Part shown: piece by piece, positions 25,501 through 39,718 of the stretch | How positions within the stretch are numbered: the stretch's first letter is position 1 | Layout: every line of letters begins with the position of its first letter | Translations under genes and position numbers: made by a program | Source: Trichoplax sp. H2 | Lineage: Eukaryota | Direction: 5' to 3' | NCBI GenBank assembly: GCA_003344405.1 | Contig: NOWV01000102.1 | Coordinates: 124,001-188,000 of the forward strand | DNA length: 64,000 nt | Notes under the pieces: generated by a model | The model's input: the letters and a program-made list of their open reading frames with translations, nothing else | Told to the model about the DNA's origin: nothing | Databases searched by the model: none

Positions 25501-28500
25501 ATCCGCTTAACTTATTTTATTAAATAATTGCAACAACAGCATGATTGAAATGCATACTTTGCGATAGAATGTTAAAGTGCATGTATATATATGCTACGGT
25601 CAATCCCGGGGATCGGCCATATACAAACTAGGATTAGATACCGAAAGGTGTCTATACCCAGTGGATTTAATTTTTTAAGGGCATTTAAAAATTAAATGAA
25701 ATAATGGCGTTTCTTAATATCACTACGGAGTTGAAGATTTGAGAAATATAATTGAAATTTTATCGTACCGTAGCTTAAGCAATAACCGGTGGTGAAATTT
25801 TAATATCATATTGATATTAATTAACCTTTAAAGTGACAATTTTAATTCATCAGCAATATCAATTAATGCATGACTTTATTAATGGATTGAAATGCTTTGG
25901 TTCATACAGTAATTAGTAATTGTAAAAATTGTCATCGATCATCCTCAGTTTTGATAACAGTCTTACAATTATGTTCTATCTTGTCATTATAAAGCTACTG
26001 GTAGGTCTGTTCACTGAGTAAACTTTAAAATGAAAAATGGACTCCAGTAGACTCTTATTCCCTACGGCATTATTATTGTTGCTAATATATGCGTATATTG
26101 TTATAATTTAGAAAATAAAACCTGTTCGCTTGAAGTGTTGATCAACTAAATATGTTTGCTATGTTATCCCATTGCGGTGTTTCTATTCCTGAAGTACAAC
26201 TCTTTTATCTGTCTGTGTATGCATTCTAAAAATCATCATATCCATGAATATCAGAGGAGAGAAAATGGTGGACAAGTCAAAATTAACGATGACGAGGAAG
26301 GACACCTCGTATACCAAAAAGGAGATTGGCTGAAATCAAGATGTACTTTTTGATATCTATGCTGCAATAATATTTCCTAGCCTATCCAATAATCCGTTAC
26401 TTGTAGAAAGGAATAAATCCAATGTTTCGTCACTATCTAGTCGCCGTTGGCAGTAACACTTCGCGTATTTAACGCAGTTATAACTTTAACCATTGTTTTC
26501 GATTTCAATGTAGTAACAAATTTTCATTTGCTACAATGATCGCTTATTTATGGCATACCTGCTATACGATAAGAAATGTTATTGATTTAATTTTTATTCA
26601 AAATTTTAGATCAAATATTAGATACCTTAGGAACTGGTACATTTGGTAAAGTTGCGTTATGTTACGACAAGTATGCTATTGGATGATGTATACCGAATTA
26701 ATTTTAATTGTATTCTATATACATAAGTTCTATAAGAGAAAAACCATTATTCTATGAATGTCGTAACCTATGTTAATTTCACATTAATATTAATTAATCG
26801 ATGATGGATTTATCTCTTATATGATTGGAGTAGACAGTGTGATGATAAAATTGCGTTAAAGATTATTCGAAATGTGCAAAAGTATAGGTGAGTAGTTACA
26901 ACACCGCATGCACGTAATAACTAATATATCTTAAAAGTCTATTCTTTAATATTGGAAAGAATGAATAACATTGGCTAATCATTAATACTAGTCTGACATA
27001 CATCCATAAATACTTGTAGACGCATATGCTGCTGCTGTACTTTCTCTATGTAAAAGGCAAACATGGAGTTAAAAAATTTGTAGATATATCAGGGAGAATT
27101 GATTATAGAAATAAGCTATTTTGGATTAATTGTATTCTTTTGTTGTAGAGAGGCTGCAGAATTGGAAATACGCGTATTAAAAAAAATTTGCAAATGGGAT
27201 CCCAAAGCAGAAATGTGAGTTTTTGCAATCAAACTTTCTTCGTATTTTATAACATTAGAAATTATCTGTCAATTCAACAATACTACTAGTAATGAATGGC
27301 GCTAAAATTGTTTAATCTTATAGACCTTGTGTCAGAATGTTGGATTGGTTCGACTATTATGGTCATACTTGTATTTCATTTAATGTGTTAGGCAGTAGCT
27401 CGTTTGATTTTATGGTAAGATAATATTGGAATATTTCTTGAAAACTAGTACTATAGTAGGTTATAATCATTGTATGTTAAATAAATTGTAAAATTATTAT
27501 ATTTGTGGTGGCATACTTTTAAATAAATACTTTATAGATCTTCTGTAGTCTAGGGCGTATCATAAATTACGTAGCCTAACTGAAATTGTTAACAAACTCG
27601 CTGAACACTGATTAATGACTTGACATTTTAACATTATGTTATTAATTATGTAACTGAAATCTACTGTTTAATTTTATTCATTGCTATTTCGTACAGCTTG
27701 ATGCCTTAAATAATTATTAAAAAGATTGATATTACTGTATTTCTCTATCGTATTGCACAATTTTAATAACTTACTGAAACCTGTAAAGCCTACCTTAACT
27801 GGCTATCATTTTTCTGTCTTTTTTAACGCCTTTAGAAAGATAATAAGTATTCTCCATACCCTATGCATCATATACAGAATATGGGATATCAATTATTGTG
27901 TGCAATTGCATGTATGTATCAGTATCTTTGCTTATGTTGAGTGTAAAAGCCAGATACAAAATTTTGATACCGTGTACTGAATTGTATTTTCTTATTTCAG
28001 TTCTGCACGACAACAATCTTACTCACACTGACTTAAAGCCAGAAAATATATTATTTACAAATTCAAGTTATCATTCCGAATACAATGAAGAACTGGTATG
28101 TATTACGTTATTAATAGTTAATACGATTCTCCTTGTGTACCTTCCGCAATTTTCTCTTTTCAATTGTATAATTTTATGCCATCCATTATGCTATTATTTT
28201 CAGGAAAAGAAACAAAGAGTTTTGCGGAGTAGTAATATTTGTGTCATTGATTTTGGTTCGGCGGTTTTCAAAAGTGAATACCACAGCAGAATTGTCTCAA
28301 CCAGACATTATCGTGCACCGGAGGTTATTTTAGGTATTACATCTTCAGCATAATTGTTGTTAACATTGACATGCAACTACTATAAAAAAGCAAATGTAGT
28401 AATTACTTGCGTCGAAAATTTTAAAATAAGAATTAGGTTGGAGCTACCCATGTGACATTTGGAGTGTCGGTTGCATTCTGTATGAATATTATACTGGCAA

Positions 28501-29152
28501 TGCTTTATTTCAAGTAAGTTATTGTATCTTGCTACTGTTGCTCTAAAGTGGTTAGAAATTATTTGAGGCTATATGCAATAAGCTACGGGATATAATGGCT
28601 ACTTTAATTGTTGTAGACACATGACAATCGTGAGCATTTAGCCATGATGGAAATTATTTTGGGTGATATTCCCATTGAAATGCAGCTAAAGGGAAAGTAA
28701 GTAATGAATTGATTGCGTTGACCGAAACAGAATAAGACTATTCACTTGCCGCATTTCTGAAACGCTTAATAACATCAAGACTTCTTTTGGAAATCCTTAT
28801 AGAAAATCCCACTACTTTAATAAGAAGGGAAAAGTAGTATGGGATAGCACTGGAGAAGGAGCCAAATATGTATATCGAGAATGTAAACCTTTAGATGTAA
28901 GTTGATAAAGTAATGTTAAGCCCTTTCATGTAAAAAATGACTAATGTAACTGATACTCTCACGCAGGAATATGCTAGAAGCGACGATATAGCAACTAAGA
29001 AATTATTTAACCTTCTATCTAAAATGTTGTGTTACGACCCAAATATGCGAACAACTGCTCCTGAAGCATTACAAGATAGTTTTTTCAAACTAAAATTAGA
29101 TAATGTAAATAAAACGAACTCACGTACGCGTAGTAGGACTGATAGTTTGTGA
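22515..29152 (+). CDS. CLK: CDC-like kinase (CLK/LAMMER/Doa family) with N-terminal RS-rich domain. Exons ~22515-22853, 26255-26342, 26610-26670, 26834-26887, 27149-27214, 27324-27414, 27836-27911, 28001-28095, 28204-28333, 28431-28513, 28617-28696, 28803-28896, 28967-29152
   Basis: RS-rich N-terminus, then [74 protein letters not shown] and EHLAMME (LAMMER motif). Confidence 0.95.
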
Positions 29153-29155
29153 TAA

Positions 29156-29157
<2 letters not shown>

Positions 29158-29187
<30 letters not shown>
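29158..29187. repeat. (TA)n microsatellite immediately after the CLK stop codon
   Basis: Direct reading: TGA TAA TGA followed by a run of ~14 TA units. Confidence 0.95.
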
Positions 29188-29192
<5 letters not shown>

Positions 29193-29793
29193 CATATCAG
29201 ACCTGCACAACATTGTTATTTAAATCAGGATTTACTATCGGTTATTTTAACATGAAAATATCGTTTGGCTGGCTGTTGGTAAATATTTACATGTTATTAT
29301 ACAGACACACTAACGAGCTGACTTAGATTTTACTAATGATACAGTACCAACTTGGTATGGAATTGACTCGTTACTAGAAGTTATAAATTTAAACATTTCA
29401 AATTTTAGCCAATAAATACTATTAACCGACAATTTTAATGTTAGAAAAGTGACGCAGTTATGCTGATATTTTAATATATCACTGTTGAATTACATGACTA
29501 TACAACTCTACAAAGTTATCTTAGATTACAAGATAAATAATCATGTACAGATGGACAACTGTAATAGATATATATAAATACAAATCCTGGAAGAACAGGG
29601 CCTGTATAACACTAGCAACCTCACGTTGATATTGTATATTATGAGCATTACTATTTTCACTGTAGTTCGCAACATTTAGTTCTATGTGAAGTAAGTTATG
29701 AAATTGATACTAGCAAAGAACGGAATTGTTATGATATTCTTAGGATAACCAATTATAATATAGCTTTAAGCTCGGTTAAAAATTGTTTGTATT

Positions 29794-32700
29794 TTATGTA
29801 TGTTTATGATTATATAAGCTAATCCATAGATATTTTGACTTCGACGGTAACTGTTTGTATTTAGTGCACTGTCTCGCTCCTTTGCAAATTTTCATCTCCT
29901 CCAAGGTATTATGTAAATCAGCCAACTTCCATCTTGGTTGACTAGCAGCTGTGTTTTTTAACTATAATGTTACAGATATAATTGTTAATATGTTTTTAAG
30001 TGCCATAACTTGATATCACTAATAAAATTTTAGTAATGCCTATCGCATAATCTACAAAGGTAATTTTTGTATACGATAAGAATCAGATTGTCTGCGTAGT
30101 TTGCCTACGTAATCCGAATTCTAATGATATTATTAATCATGCTGTATGACTGATAACTCTTACAAGCATCAACATCTGCAATAACATACGGTTTACAGCA
30201 TGTTATGTGAGTTAAAGAACGATAGTAGAAAGAATTTAGCGTAATATCAGATTTAGCTATGCTCATCAACGGTATTTCCCGAACGTATTTACTGTATACT
30301 TTATGCAAATATCTCCATAGCATTAAAAGAGTAAACTATTAATCAAACTTTACAGAATCCGCCACGGCTTACAAACGCTAAATCTTAAACTGTTATTTAT
30401 AGCTACAAATTAGGTAGTAAATATGATTTACCTGATACGGGTCCTTGGTTAGATCAAAATATTCGACGAATTTGGTTACAAACTCGCAATAGAGAAAATT
30501 ATGAGTATTATTTATGGTTCTAACACACCAGTATGTATTATTGTTGACGTTACCGCAAGCGCAAAATGGATTGCCTAGTAAAATTACGGTATTCAGTCAA
30601 TAGATATTTCTAACATTAAGCGACGAATTTTAATTACTATATTGCAATACATTATTTATTAAAATTTGAATATCGCTAATTGTCCTCCTATTAAAATTAT
30701 GCAGTCAATAGTTAAACGATAGTGCAAAACTAGAGCTTGTCTTTTACCATCTGATATCTATTTTTCTAATATTAAACGACGAATTTTAATACTCTACTCG
30801 CTATAGATTATTAAAACTTGAACATCACTAAATCATTCTATGGAGCAGAACCTGTATAATATGGAGGTGTCTTCCAATGATCTTTTGTTTGGTAGAAACA
30901 AGTTAATGGTGGGCGAGAACAAGATGATTTACCAGAGTAGCCGTCAGATCTATTAGTCATTAGAGCACTATCGCCATCTTCATTAGGTCCACTGGCAGAA
31001 ATATCCTTAGTAACTGCATCAGTGGCTAATTTATTCGCGTGATCTATCTCGTGCTCACATAAGCATCCATTAATAGTTGGTTTTAGGTAATTTAATGAAT
31101 TTTTATTTATGGATAACATCAATCGCAAGCGTCGATGGATATCGTTTAGTCTTTTAACTGCTTTATTATAATCTGCTAGCATGTTTAAGAAGCTAAGCCT
31201 CCAACTCGTTGAGTCTTGTGATCGACGCGAAGGCGATGTTATTTGACGCCGATATCTTTCGGCTATACTTCTCTCTTTCCTGACTGATTCTTGCTGATCT
31301 TGAAGCCTTTTAGTGAAATCACTAAATTATAGCAGAGAGAATAAGATTATTCTAGAATCAATACATTGTGAGCATGCAATCTTTATTATTGTCTTTATTT
31401 ATGATCCACCAATTTATATTCGATATTTTATCCTCTAACGTTTGTTTATATCAACCTAGTCTCCAAGAAAAGTAGTAATCTATGACCACAAAATTTCTAT
31501 CCACATCGCTAATTTAGATCAACTAATACATTCTTTTATCGCCTTTGATATATTAATATGTGATGACTGTTTTAATATACGGATATTTACTTTATTCGCT
31601 TACTAACTTGTTAATGATGGCATCAAGAAATTGCTTGTCACATATGCAAATAGGATCTTTATTAGTCTTTTTACCATTAGAACATTTCTTTACTTTCATA
31701 CACTGATTGTCTCGGACACAAACAAATTTCTGTTTACCTCTACATGGAGATTTATAGAGTGAAGATTTGCAAAATTCTGCAGCTTTTACATCACATTCTT
31801 CAACGGCATAAGTCTTCTCACGAGCTTTCCTAGCGACAAAATTTGTTCTTTTAGAAAGCAATATGCTACAAAGTAATAAACTCCCGATAGAAGTAGATTA
31901 AGAACCAAAATGAACAAATTTACGTAACAAAATTTTAGCATGTATCAGTTGATAATTTTACCCTCGTTCTATCAGAATTGTGTCCCTCCATGTTGTAATG
32001 GGAAACTTTCCAGACCACTTCCATCTAATGCAAAGTATAAAGTTAGCAATTGCAACACCAATATTACATAGCTTCCATTCTTCAATGATTGGAAATTAGA
32101 ACTACAGAATTGATGGTTTGCATAGGTTCTGTTTATTTAAGATATCGCAATTAATAGAGACTATTCGAAGTGATCAGCATGGTAGCAAAGGAATTATGTG
32201 CCATTTTTGTTAATCTTATTAGATTAAATCAGCGATCAATGTATTGAAATATTATTTATTGATATCATTCTATTCCAATTTGCAGTTAGCATTAAAATAG
32301 ATGAGATGAAACATTTACATTATTCATTTTAAAATAAATTTACGTTAGTTTCGATTAATAATAATATTGGAGGACACTAAAATACCTGGAAATTCTAAAT
32401 AACTGCATAATAGATACTCCATCCATTTGAGATGGAATCGGTACTCCAGCAATATCTAGAAATGTTGGTGCTAAATCGATATTGGAAACAATTTCTCCCA
32501 CCCTAAGATGTTAATATTATAAATTTTATTAGGTGCAATATATTATATTTTCAATTTTAGGGTTTTCTGTAGTAGATAATAAAGTAAAAATATTCTAAAT
32601 GTATTTTTAATATTGACTACTATTGGGAGCGAAATGATCAATCTTTTGATGTTTGATTATTCTAATGTTAGTAATCAAGCTTAAAAATTCTTATAGAAAC

Positions 32701-35700
32701 GATAACATCAAGAACTAACCCATTACAATACTATTAACTTACTTAACATTTTTTGGAATCATAGGGCCACGAACAAGGAAAGGAACTCTAATATCCGTCT
32801 CATAGGGCATGGATTTTCCTTTGACTATAGAGAAATGTCCAAGATGATAGCCATGATCCGAAGTGAAGAATAGGTAAGTTTTCTCTTTCAGGCCAAGCTT
32901 ACGTATTGAGCGATATAATTTTTCCACAGCATCATCAACAGAAAGAAGCGTTTGCAGTCTTTTACGATATAGAAGATCTAAAGTAAGGCAAGCAAAAATA
33001 CGTCTGGGGATGACTAATATCTTACAATAGTTAATCTCTTCTAGTGATCTACTTACATGAGATATTCTCACTAAATCTAAAGTTTTTAAATGCGATAACG
33101 ATCTACGCGTAAAATATCAATGCAGGCGAATTATGAAATAGTCGTCCTGCATTTGATCATTTCAGAAGCACATTATCAACGATGAAAAGCTTATTATTTA
33201 ATCATATACCAACTATAGACTCCAATACTAGTTCAAGCAGTTAAAGAATGTAGCATTTAATATTTTGGGGCTTATAGGACTAATCGATACTTTATTCTCT
33301 TTCTTCTACTACAATAACAAAGATGTCTGTTTTGTAAAAGTAATTATGCTAATTGCATCATTTAACTTTATCATTGGATTGAGTACATGTAGCTAGAAAA
33401 TAGAGTTGTTATTTAATGCAATCTCTGTACTCGGTATATAGTCTATTTCAATATATCCGGTCTATCTTGATCACAACACTATATAGTCAGGAATTATCAT
33501 GGTCAACGTAAAGATCTAGTTTCAATAGTATTGAAACAGAAGATGTCAGGAAATTGAACGAAATCGATTACTCTCTATGAAAGAAGACCAGCTAAGATTT
33601 CAAGTGGCCAATCATAAGATCAAGATAAAACATGACTTCACAGTAATAAATTATGATAACATGAAGTTAAATTAAAGGTAAATTCTTAAGTAGGTGAAGG
33701 ACATTTTCTTGCTAGCTTAATAGCGATCAAAATTATCGAATTAATATGGTACTTTATACCAACTATTTATCATGAGGCATTTTATCACTTATTCGATAGC
33801 GTGAACGATTAGATAATATACAGGATAACTATGAGATTTTGATCTTCTTATTTGTGGAATACTTTTAATTTCTTGAAAGCCAAGTCAAGATCACTCATGT
33901 TACAATAACTATCAAGTGATCCAATGCTAATGTAGTATTTGTCATTACTCAATATGGCGTACTGTCTCTCTAATGGTATGTTGTGCTAAATAGCATAGAG
34001 GTTACGGTCTTGCTATAGGTATAAATTTACTATAAGCCTGCATAGAGATCATTTTTGTCACGTTTTCCTCCTGAGATGAATTAAAAGAATCTATTTTTCC
34101 CTAAAATTTTAGGGAATATTCCAATTTATTATAGCAAAGGTCAAGATCACCCGTGTTATAATAACTATGATATAATCAGTTCTAGTACAAAGTTATTATT
34201 TAATAAATATCTAAAAATGCTAAATAAAATGGAAATCATGGTCTTCCTTGCTGAAGAAACTAACTGTAAGCTTAGTTAAAGCTCCTCCTCATCATGCTTA
34301 CCTACTGGAATAACATTACATAATTTTATATCTAACCTGTAAAGTTCATTTTAACCGATGACATTGGTGGAGCAATACGTACAATCCAATGTTTGTCGAA
34401 TGAATGATAATTATAATTCGGAGTCCTGAATAAAATTTATCAAGATGTGGTGAATTCAAGTAATGACTTTGATTTATAATAATCTGAATTTATTTCTATA
34501 TTCTTTACAGTCTCTACAGAATCAATCCTTCGTTAAATTTATTATAATAATAATTTTAAATACCTTGGAACTTTAGCCCGTGCATATCGATTCTGATATT
34601 GTGGTGCGGCATCTTCAGTTCCATGCGGTGCTGGCATACTTAATNNNNNNNNNNNNNNNNNNNNAAATTTACTATAAGCCTGCATAGAGATCATTTTTAT
34701 CACGTTTTCCTCCTGAGATGAATTAAAAGAATCTATTTTTCCCTAAAATTTTAGGGAATATTCCAATTTATTATAGCAAAGGTCAAGATCGCCCATGTTA
34801 TAATAACTATGATATAATCAGTTCTAGTACAAAGTTATTATTTAATAAATATCTAAAAATGCTAAATAAAATGGAAATCATGGTCTTCCTTGCTGAAGAA
34901 ACTAACTGTAAGCTTAGTTATAGCTCCTCCTCATCATGCTTACCTACTGAAATAAATTAAGAGAATCTACTTTTCCTGATTTAGACATAATCTACGGCTA
35001 TTGACGTGAACTCATCTCCAGTCAGTGGTCTTAGAACTGCATAATATATAGTGTATATATATGTACTATAGCTCATGATGAATAGCAGATAAAGTTGCTG
35101 ATTTAGACTGTGTCCAACATTACATAATTTTATATCTAACCTGTAAAGTTCATTTTAACCGATGACATTGGTGGAGCAATACGTACAATCCAATGTTTGT
35201 CGAATGAATGATAATTATAATTCGGAGTCCTGAATAAAATTTATCAAGATGTAGTGAATTCAAGTAATGACTTTGATTTATATTAATCTGAATTTATTTC
35301 TATATTCTTTACAGTCTCTACAGAATCAATCCTTCGTTAAATTATTATAATAATAATTTTAGATACCTTGGAACTTTAGCCCGTGCATATCGATTCTGAT
35401 ATTGTGGAGCGGAATCTTCAGTTCCATGCGGTGCTGGCATACTTAATACCATTAGAATTGGTTTCTTGGGGTATTTCTCGGTAGTTTTCTTTAAAAATCT
35501 GATGCTTTCTCGCACAATTAAATCGGTAAAATAATCTTGTTGGTACCTGTTACCATGTTTTACTAATTTTCCGTTGCGATTCAAGGTATAATTATAGTAT
35601 CTTGAATTTTTGACTTGACCAATCCAGTGGTCCCAACCTACTGGAATGTAGCTACCATCATATTCGTTCAAGTATTTACCAAAAAAGCCTGGTTCGTTGG

Positions 35701-36270
35701 GATCATTTACGTTGTTTTCATTAGCATCGTTATTATTAATACCAAATTACGTTTGTTGATAATAGGAGGAAGAATATAGTGATTAAGAAAGATGATTACG
35801 GAATAATTGTAAAAAACAAATTATTCAAGTCTTGATTTAAATCACTAGTGTAGAAATACCATAAGTCTATATTAACTGAATAGTGCGTAATAGTTACCGG
35901 TGATATAGCCTGCATCTTGTAGATACTTTGCAAAAGTTAATCGTTCTGGTCCATGACGCCAAGCTGGAGAGCTACAGTTAGCATTATTGGTTTTAGTATG
36001 ATGATTATGGACATACATTCCAGTTAATATGGAGGAACGCGATGGGCAGCAGACTGGCGTAGTTACAAAAGCATTGGTAAATTCTGCTCCTTGCTTACCA
36101 AGGATACGCGATGTATGAGGCATTGCTTTCATCGATTCCAGTACAACATCTTGATCATCAGTCAAGATCAATATGATGTGATCCTTTTTCCCTTTTGCAA
36201 AACTAAGAGAATAGCATAACAGGATGGTATAGCAGAAGAGCAATCTCAGAAAAGAACCGTTTTTCAACAT
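29794..36270 (-). CDS. SULF1: Extracellular heparan-sulfate 6-O-endosulfatase, SULF1/2-like. About 10 exons; exon 3 and part of exon 2 are present twice around the N-gap
   Basis: Signal peptide, [10 protein letters not shown], formylglycine motif [66 protein letters not shown], a basic hydrophilic insert, and C-terminal [29 protein letters not shown]...DPYQ. Stop at 29794-29796. Confidence 0.93.
34645..34664. other. Assembly gap (N run) flanked by a near-identical duplicated segment
   Basis: 20 Ns. 34023-34644 is repeated at 34665-~35445 with scattered substitutions and a 162-bp indel. Confidence 0.95.
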
Positions 36271-39200
36271 GACTGTAATGGATGTTCTATTTCTGTATGA
36301 AAAGTTATGAAAAAGAACAAGGACGTAATCGAAAATTTGGGTCGTAATCTTGGAGGGAATAGCCAAAATAGTTCACTTGATTGTACTTAATATTCCTGTT
36401 ACAACGATAATATATCAAATGAACTAATTACAGAGAATTTATTAAACATTATCTTGCTCTATTTTACGCCAGATCTATCTAATACCTAGTCTACTTGAGC
36501 ATCACTGTATAACCATCTAGTACATCATAAGCAAAAGGATTAACTTTTTCATCGTTCGTATAAATAAATTATAAAACCTCCCGCAAAGTAAAATAAATAA
36601 ACTTAGTGGTACCAAAACCATCTATATGCTTTGCATCCTCTCCAATTTAAAATAATAATTTGAAATCATTTATACTCTCACATACATTAGATCACCCAGA
36701 GAGATAATATGTAACGTCAATTTGATACTAAATATTGCCATGATGAAATGACGTAGTTTGCAGCTTTATTAAACGACTCATTTCCCAATTAAGGATGTGA
36801 ATAATAAATAATTTTCCCTATGATGGTGCTTCAAATAATATAAGCTATTAAATGGACTCAAATAGATATTTTTCTCTTGTTAATATTATTGGAAAGTTTG
36901 ATTTGGTAAGAGGATATAAATTTACTAGAATAAACAAAATTATAAAATATCCAAAACAATAGTACTTTATATTTTCAGTTAGGAGAATGGATGAAATAGA
37001 ATGAAGCAGAAAAGCATATAAGTGATTCTAAATTAAATTTAGCGATCTAAATGGATAGATGTAATCGTAAGAAATTTAAAGTCCACCAATATGCATGACT
37101 AAAATGTAAAAATTGGCTTAAAGAGTATCGGTGATTTATTATAATGGAATTAATTCACTAGTAGATAGGCGTATTTAAGATCTAATTTATAAAATTGATC
37201 AGTCTACCTACAAGAATTGGGCATCTTGTAGAAATAAGTGACCAGATTAATGAATCTAATTTTAATTTCACTTTTTTATCAATAATTTTGTAATAACTGT
37301 AGGGGAGAAAGGAAATTCGATCAATGTATAATTTCAACAAACTATTTAAACTGACCATCATGAGGAAAATAAAAATCCTCATTTTCTCTCTTTATAAAAT
37401 TGATTCTTAATTATACGATTTTTAAAAGTAACATAACATCATAAAAATGTTTGCTCATTTTAACAGTAACATTTTAGAAAATCTATGCTTTCCGTTACTT
37501 AGATAATTAATCAGCATTTTTATTTCTATTTATGCAAGGTTATACTCTTGTCTACATTTTAATAGCGGATTAAAAAGACACTTAGTAGCAGTTGGGTAAC
37601 GTACTAAACATAGAATCTTCAAATGTTCTGTATAATAAAATCAAAATAGTTGTCCATTGTTTCAGATTTAGAAATGTGGCTTACTCTGCTATACAATTTA
37701 TTATTTAACAAAAGACTGCAGTATTTCAAGATGTTTATGCAGTAGCAATTTAATTTGGAAGTAACATCATTAATATATAAATTGGATCTTTTTCTGCCGG
37801 ATTAAAGTAGATATATGCCTCGCAGGTAATAAAGGATGATTAGGCAATTTCAACGATTCCATTTGAAAGTCATATTAGTCTACTTTAAATCTCTTTCTAC
37901 TTATGCAAATACAATGAAAGCTTTACAGATTCCCCTTTAGATGGGCTGTGCAGTACATAAATTTATTAAAAAATTCTATAGTACACATTTAATATTTTGT
38001 ATACACCTGTAATAAATAATTAGAAGAAATTGTGATCATAGCAACGATCAAATATTCATTCTTATCTTTATTATTTTTTTCTGTTCTTAATTTATTTTGA
38101 TTACCGAGTTATTTATTTTTATAGATTTGATTATAGTAGCTATAGCTATTGCGGACGTTCCGGTTATATTACTTAAATCTGAAATTGTCAACCAAAAGGA
38201 TCCTGTAGTATATGTTACGAAGTCTATTTTCTTTATGACGATTTCTGCTGGCCCTATAGCGATCGAAATGCGCGTATGCCATGTTTTACAGCTTTAAGCA
38301 ATCTTGCAGCTAAGGAGATATGGAATTGGCCACACGTTGATTTTTATTCATTTATGCATATTATTGAAAAAGAGTCATGATATAGTATGAGAATTTAGTT
38401 TTGATTTACAGATAAATACCTTCGATTTGGTTCCAAGATGTAGATGAAATATGCAATTCTATCACACAATAAACGATTTCTTTGATAGAGTAGTGAAGTC
38501 GATTTACTGCATTATTACTGATTATAACATTCATTGCAGGAATTTATGAATACCATTTTTTGGATAGTATGGCACATAAAAAATCTTTGTGCGTTTATTT
38601 ACATATTATCCTATATAAATAAGCTGACTATATCTCCGCATAAATCTGTAGTTGATAAAATGGAATTAAGATGGCATGGTGCATAGAATGATAACTGGCA
38701 CATTAGTGATACCACTACGCATCTCAGGTAGCTCACAGAACTAACCAATGGAGCAAACAAGTTGCGAATATAATACTTAGAATGTCTATCGCTAATCTAG
38801 GAAATTTATTTATAATTTGTTTATTATTTTTCCATATAAATAATTTAAATAGATCATTATATTGTAGGCCTCTGCTAGGGAAACTTAAAATAACTTGGTG
38901 ATAAGATCGCTCAAAGAACTCACTTATAGAACTGGTTAGACACTGCAAAGTAGCCTGAAGCGTAAAGTCCATTTTTTTAATTCTATGTTGTCTTCCCATA
39001 AGTGATATATTTATATATGTATATTATGGTTTAAGGATTAATGTTAATCATATCATATGATGCCGGCTGTTCCTATAATGACCATGATAAGACAGTGACT
39101 GCGCGCAGTATTAATTCCTGTAATTTATTCATACCATGCTCACTGCTTCATATGATATATGGCAAATATATACCTTATACTGGTAGGCAACAAAACTTTC

Positions 39201-39474
39201 AAACAGTAGTCATTGCAGAATGGATTATTCAGTTATTCTCTGAATTTATAATTATCGACCATGTTCGTTTCCGCAATATACCATATCCCGTATATGCTGT
39301 GGCAGTACCATAGACAACAAAGTAGCATACGGACCTGTGGAACCCCATAGATTGGGTACTTAAACATAGCCCACTATTTTCATGTCCGATCTACACTATA
39401 AGCGATTAATGAGAAGTGCTATTAGAGGGTCAAGAATTTGTTAAGTCTCCACTATGCCCCGAGCAGGTAAAAAG

Positions 39475-39528
39475 CATGGCAACAGTGGGCGAGCACGCGC
39501 ACTGGCTTGTTCTCATTACCGTGACAAC
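39475..39528 (+). promoter_or_regulatory. RFX X-box-like motifs upstream of IFT43
   Basis: Half-site CATGGCAAC (39475-39483) and ATTACCGTGACAAC (39515-39528; reverse complement GTTGTCACGGTAAT) in a GC-rich island ~200 bp before the ATG. Confidence 0.6.
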
Positions 39529-39718
39529 GGATATCCCCCATAATAAGATGTGAATATCAGCAAAGATAGTTTAATTCACTGCTATAGACTGCAGTACTGA
39601 TTCTTGATTGATTAACATTACTATTTCTAGTAATAGATAGTAAAAAGAATATTATCGTACAAGGCTCAGGTTGGAATTTGAAATCTTTCTAACTATATCG
39701 ATACCAAACTTAGTAGCA

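Noticed and set aside
25625..25642. AAACTAGGATTAGATACC resembles the conserved mitochondrial 12S/SSU rRNA motif (possible NUMT)
   Set aside because: Only ~18 nt match and the flanks do not continue as rRNA; treated as coincidence within a hairpin.
27788..27835. CCTTAAC U12-type branch point in a CLK intron
   Set aside because: The donor is GTAAGA (U2 type), the motif is ~36 nt from the AG, and a normal pyrimidine tract is present.
39420..39545. GC-rich patch as a possible snRNA (Sm-like AATTCTTG on the minus strand)
   Set aside because: No resemblance to the spliceosomal snRNAs I compared from memory (U5, U11, U12, U4atac); better explained as the IFT43 promoter with X-boxes.
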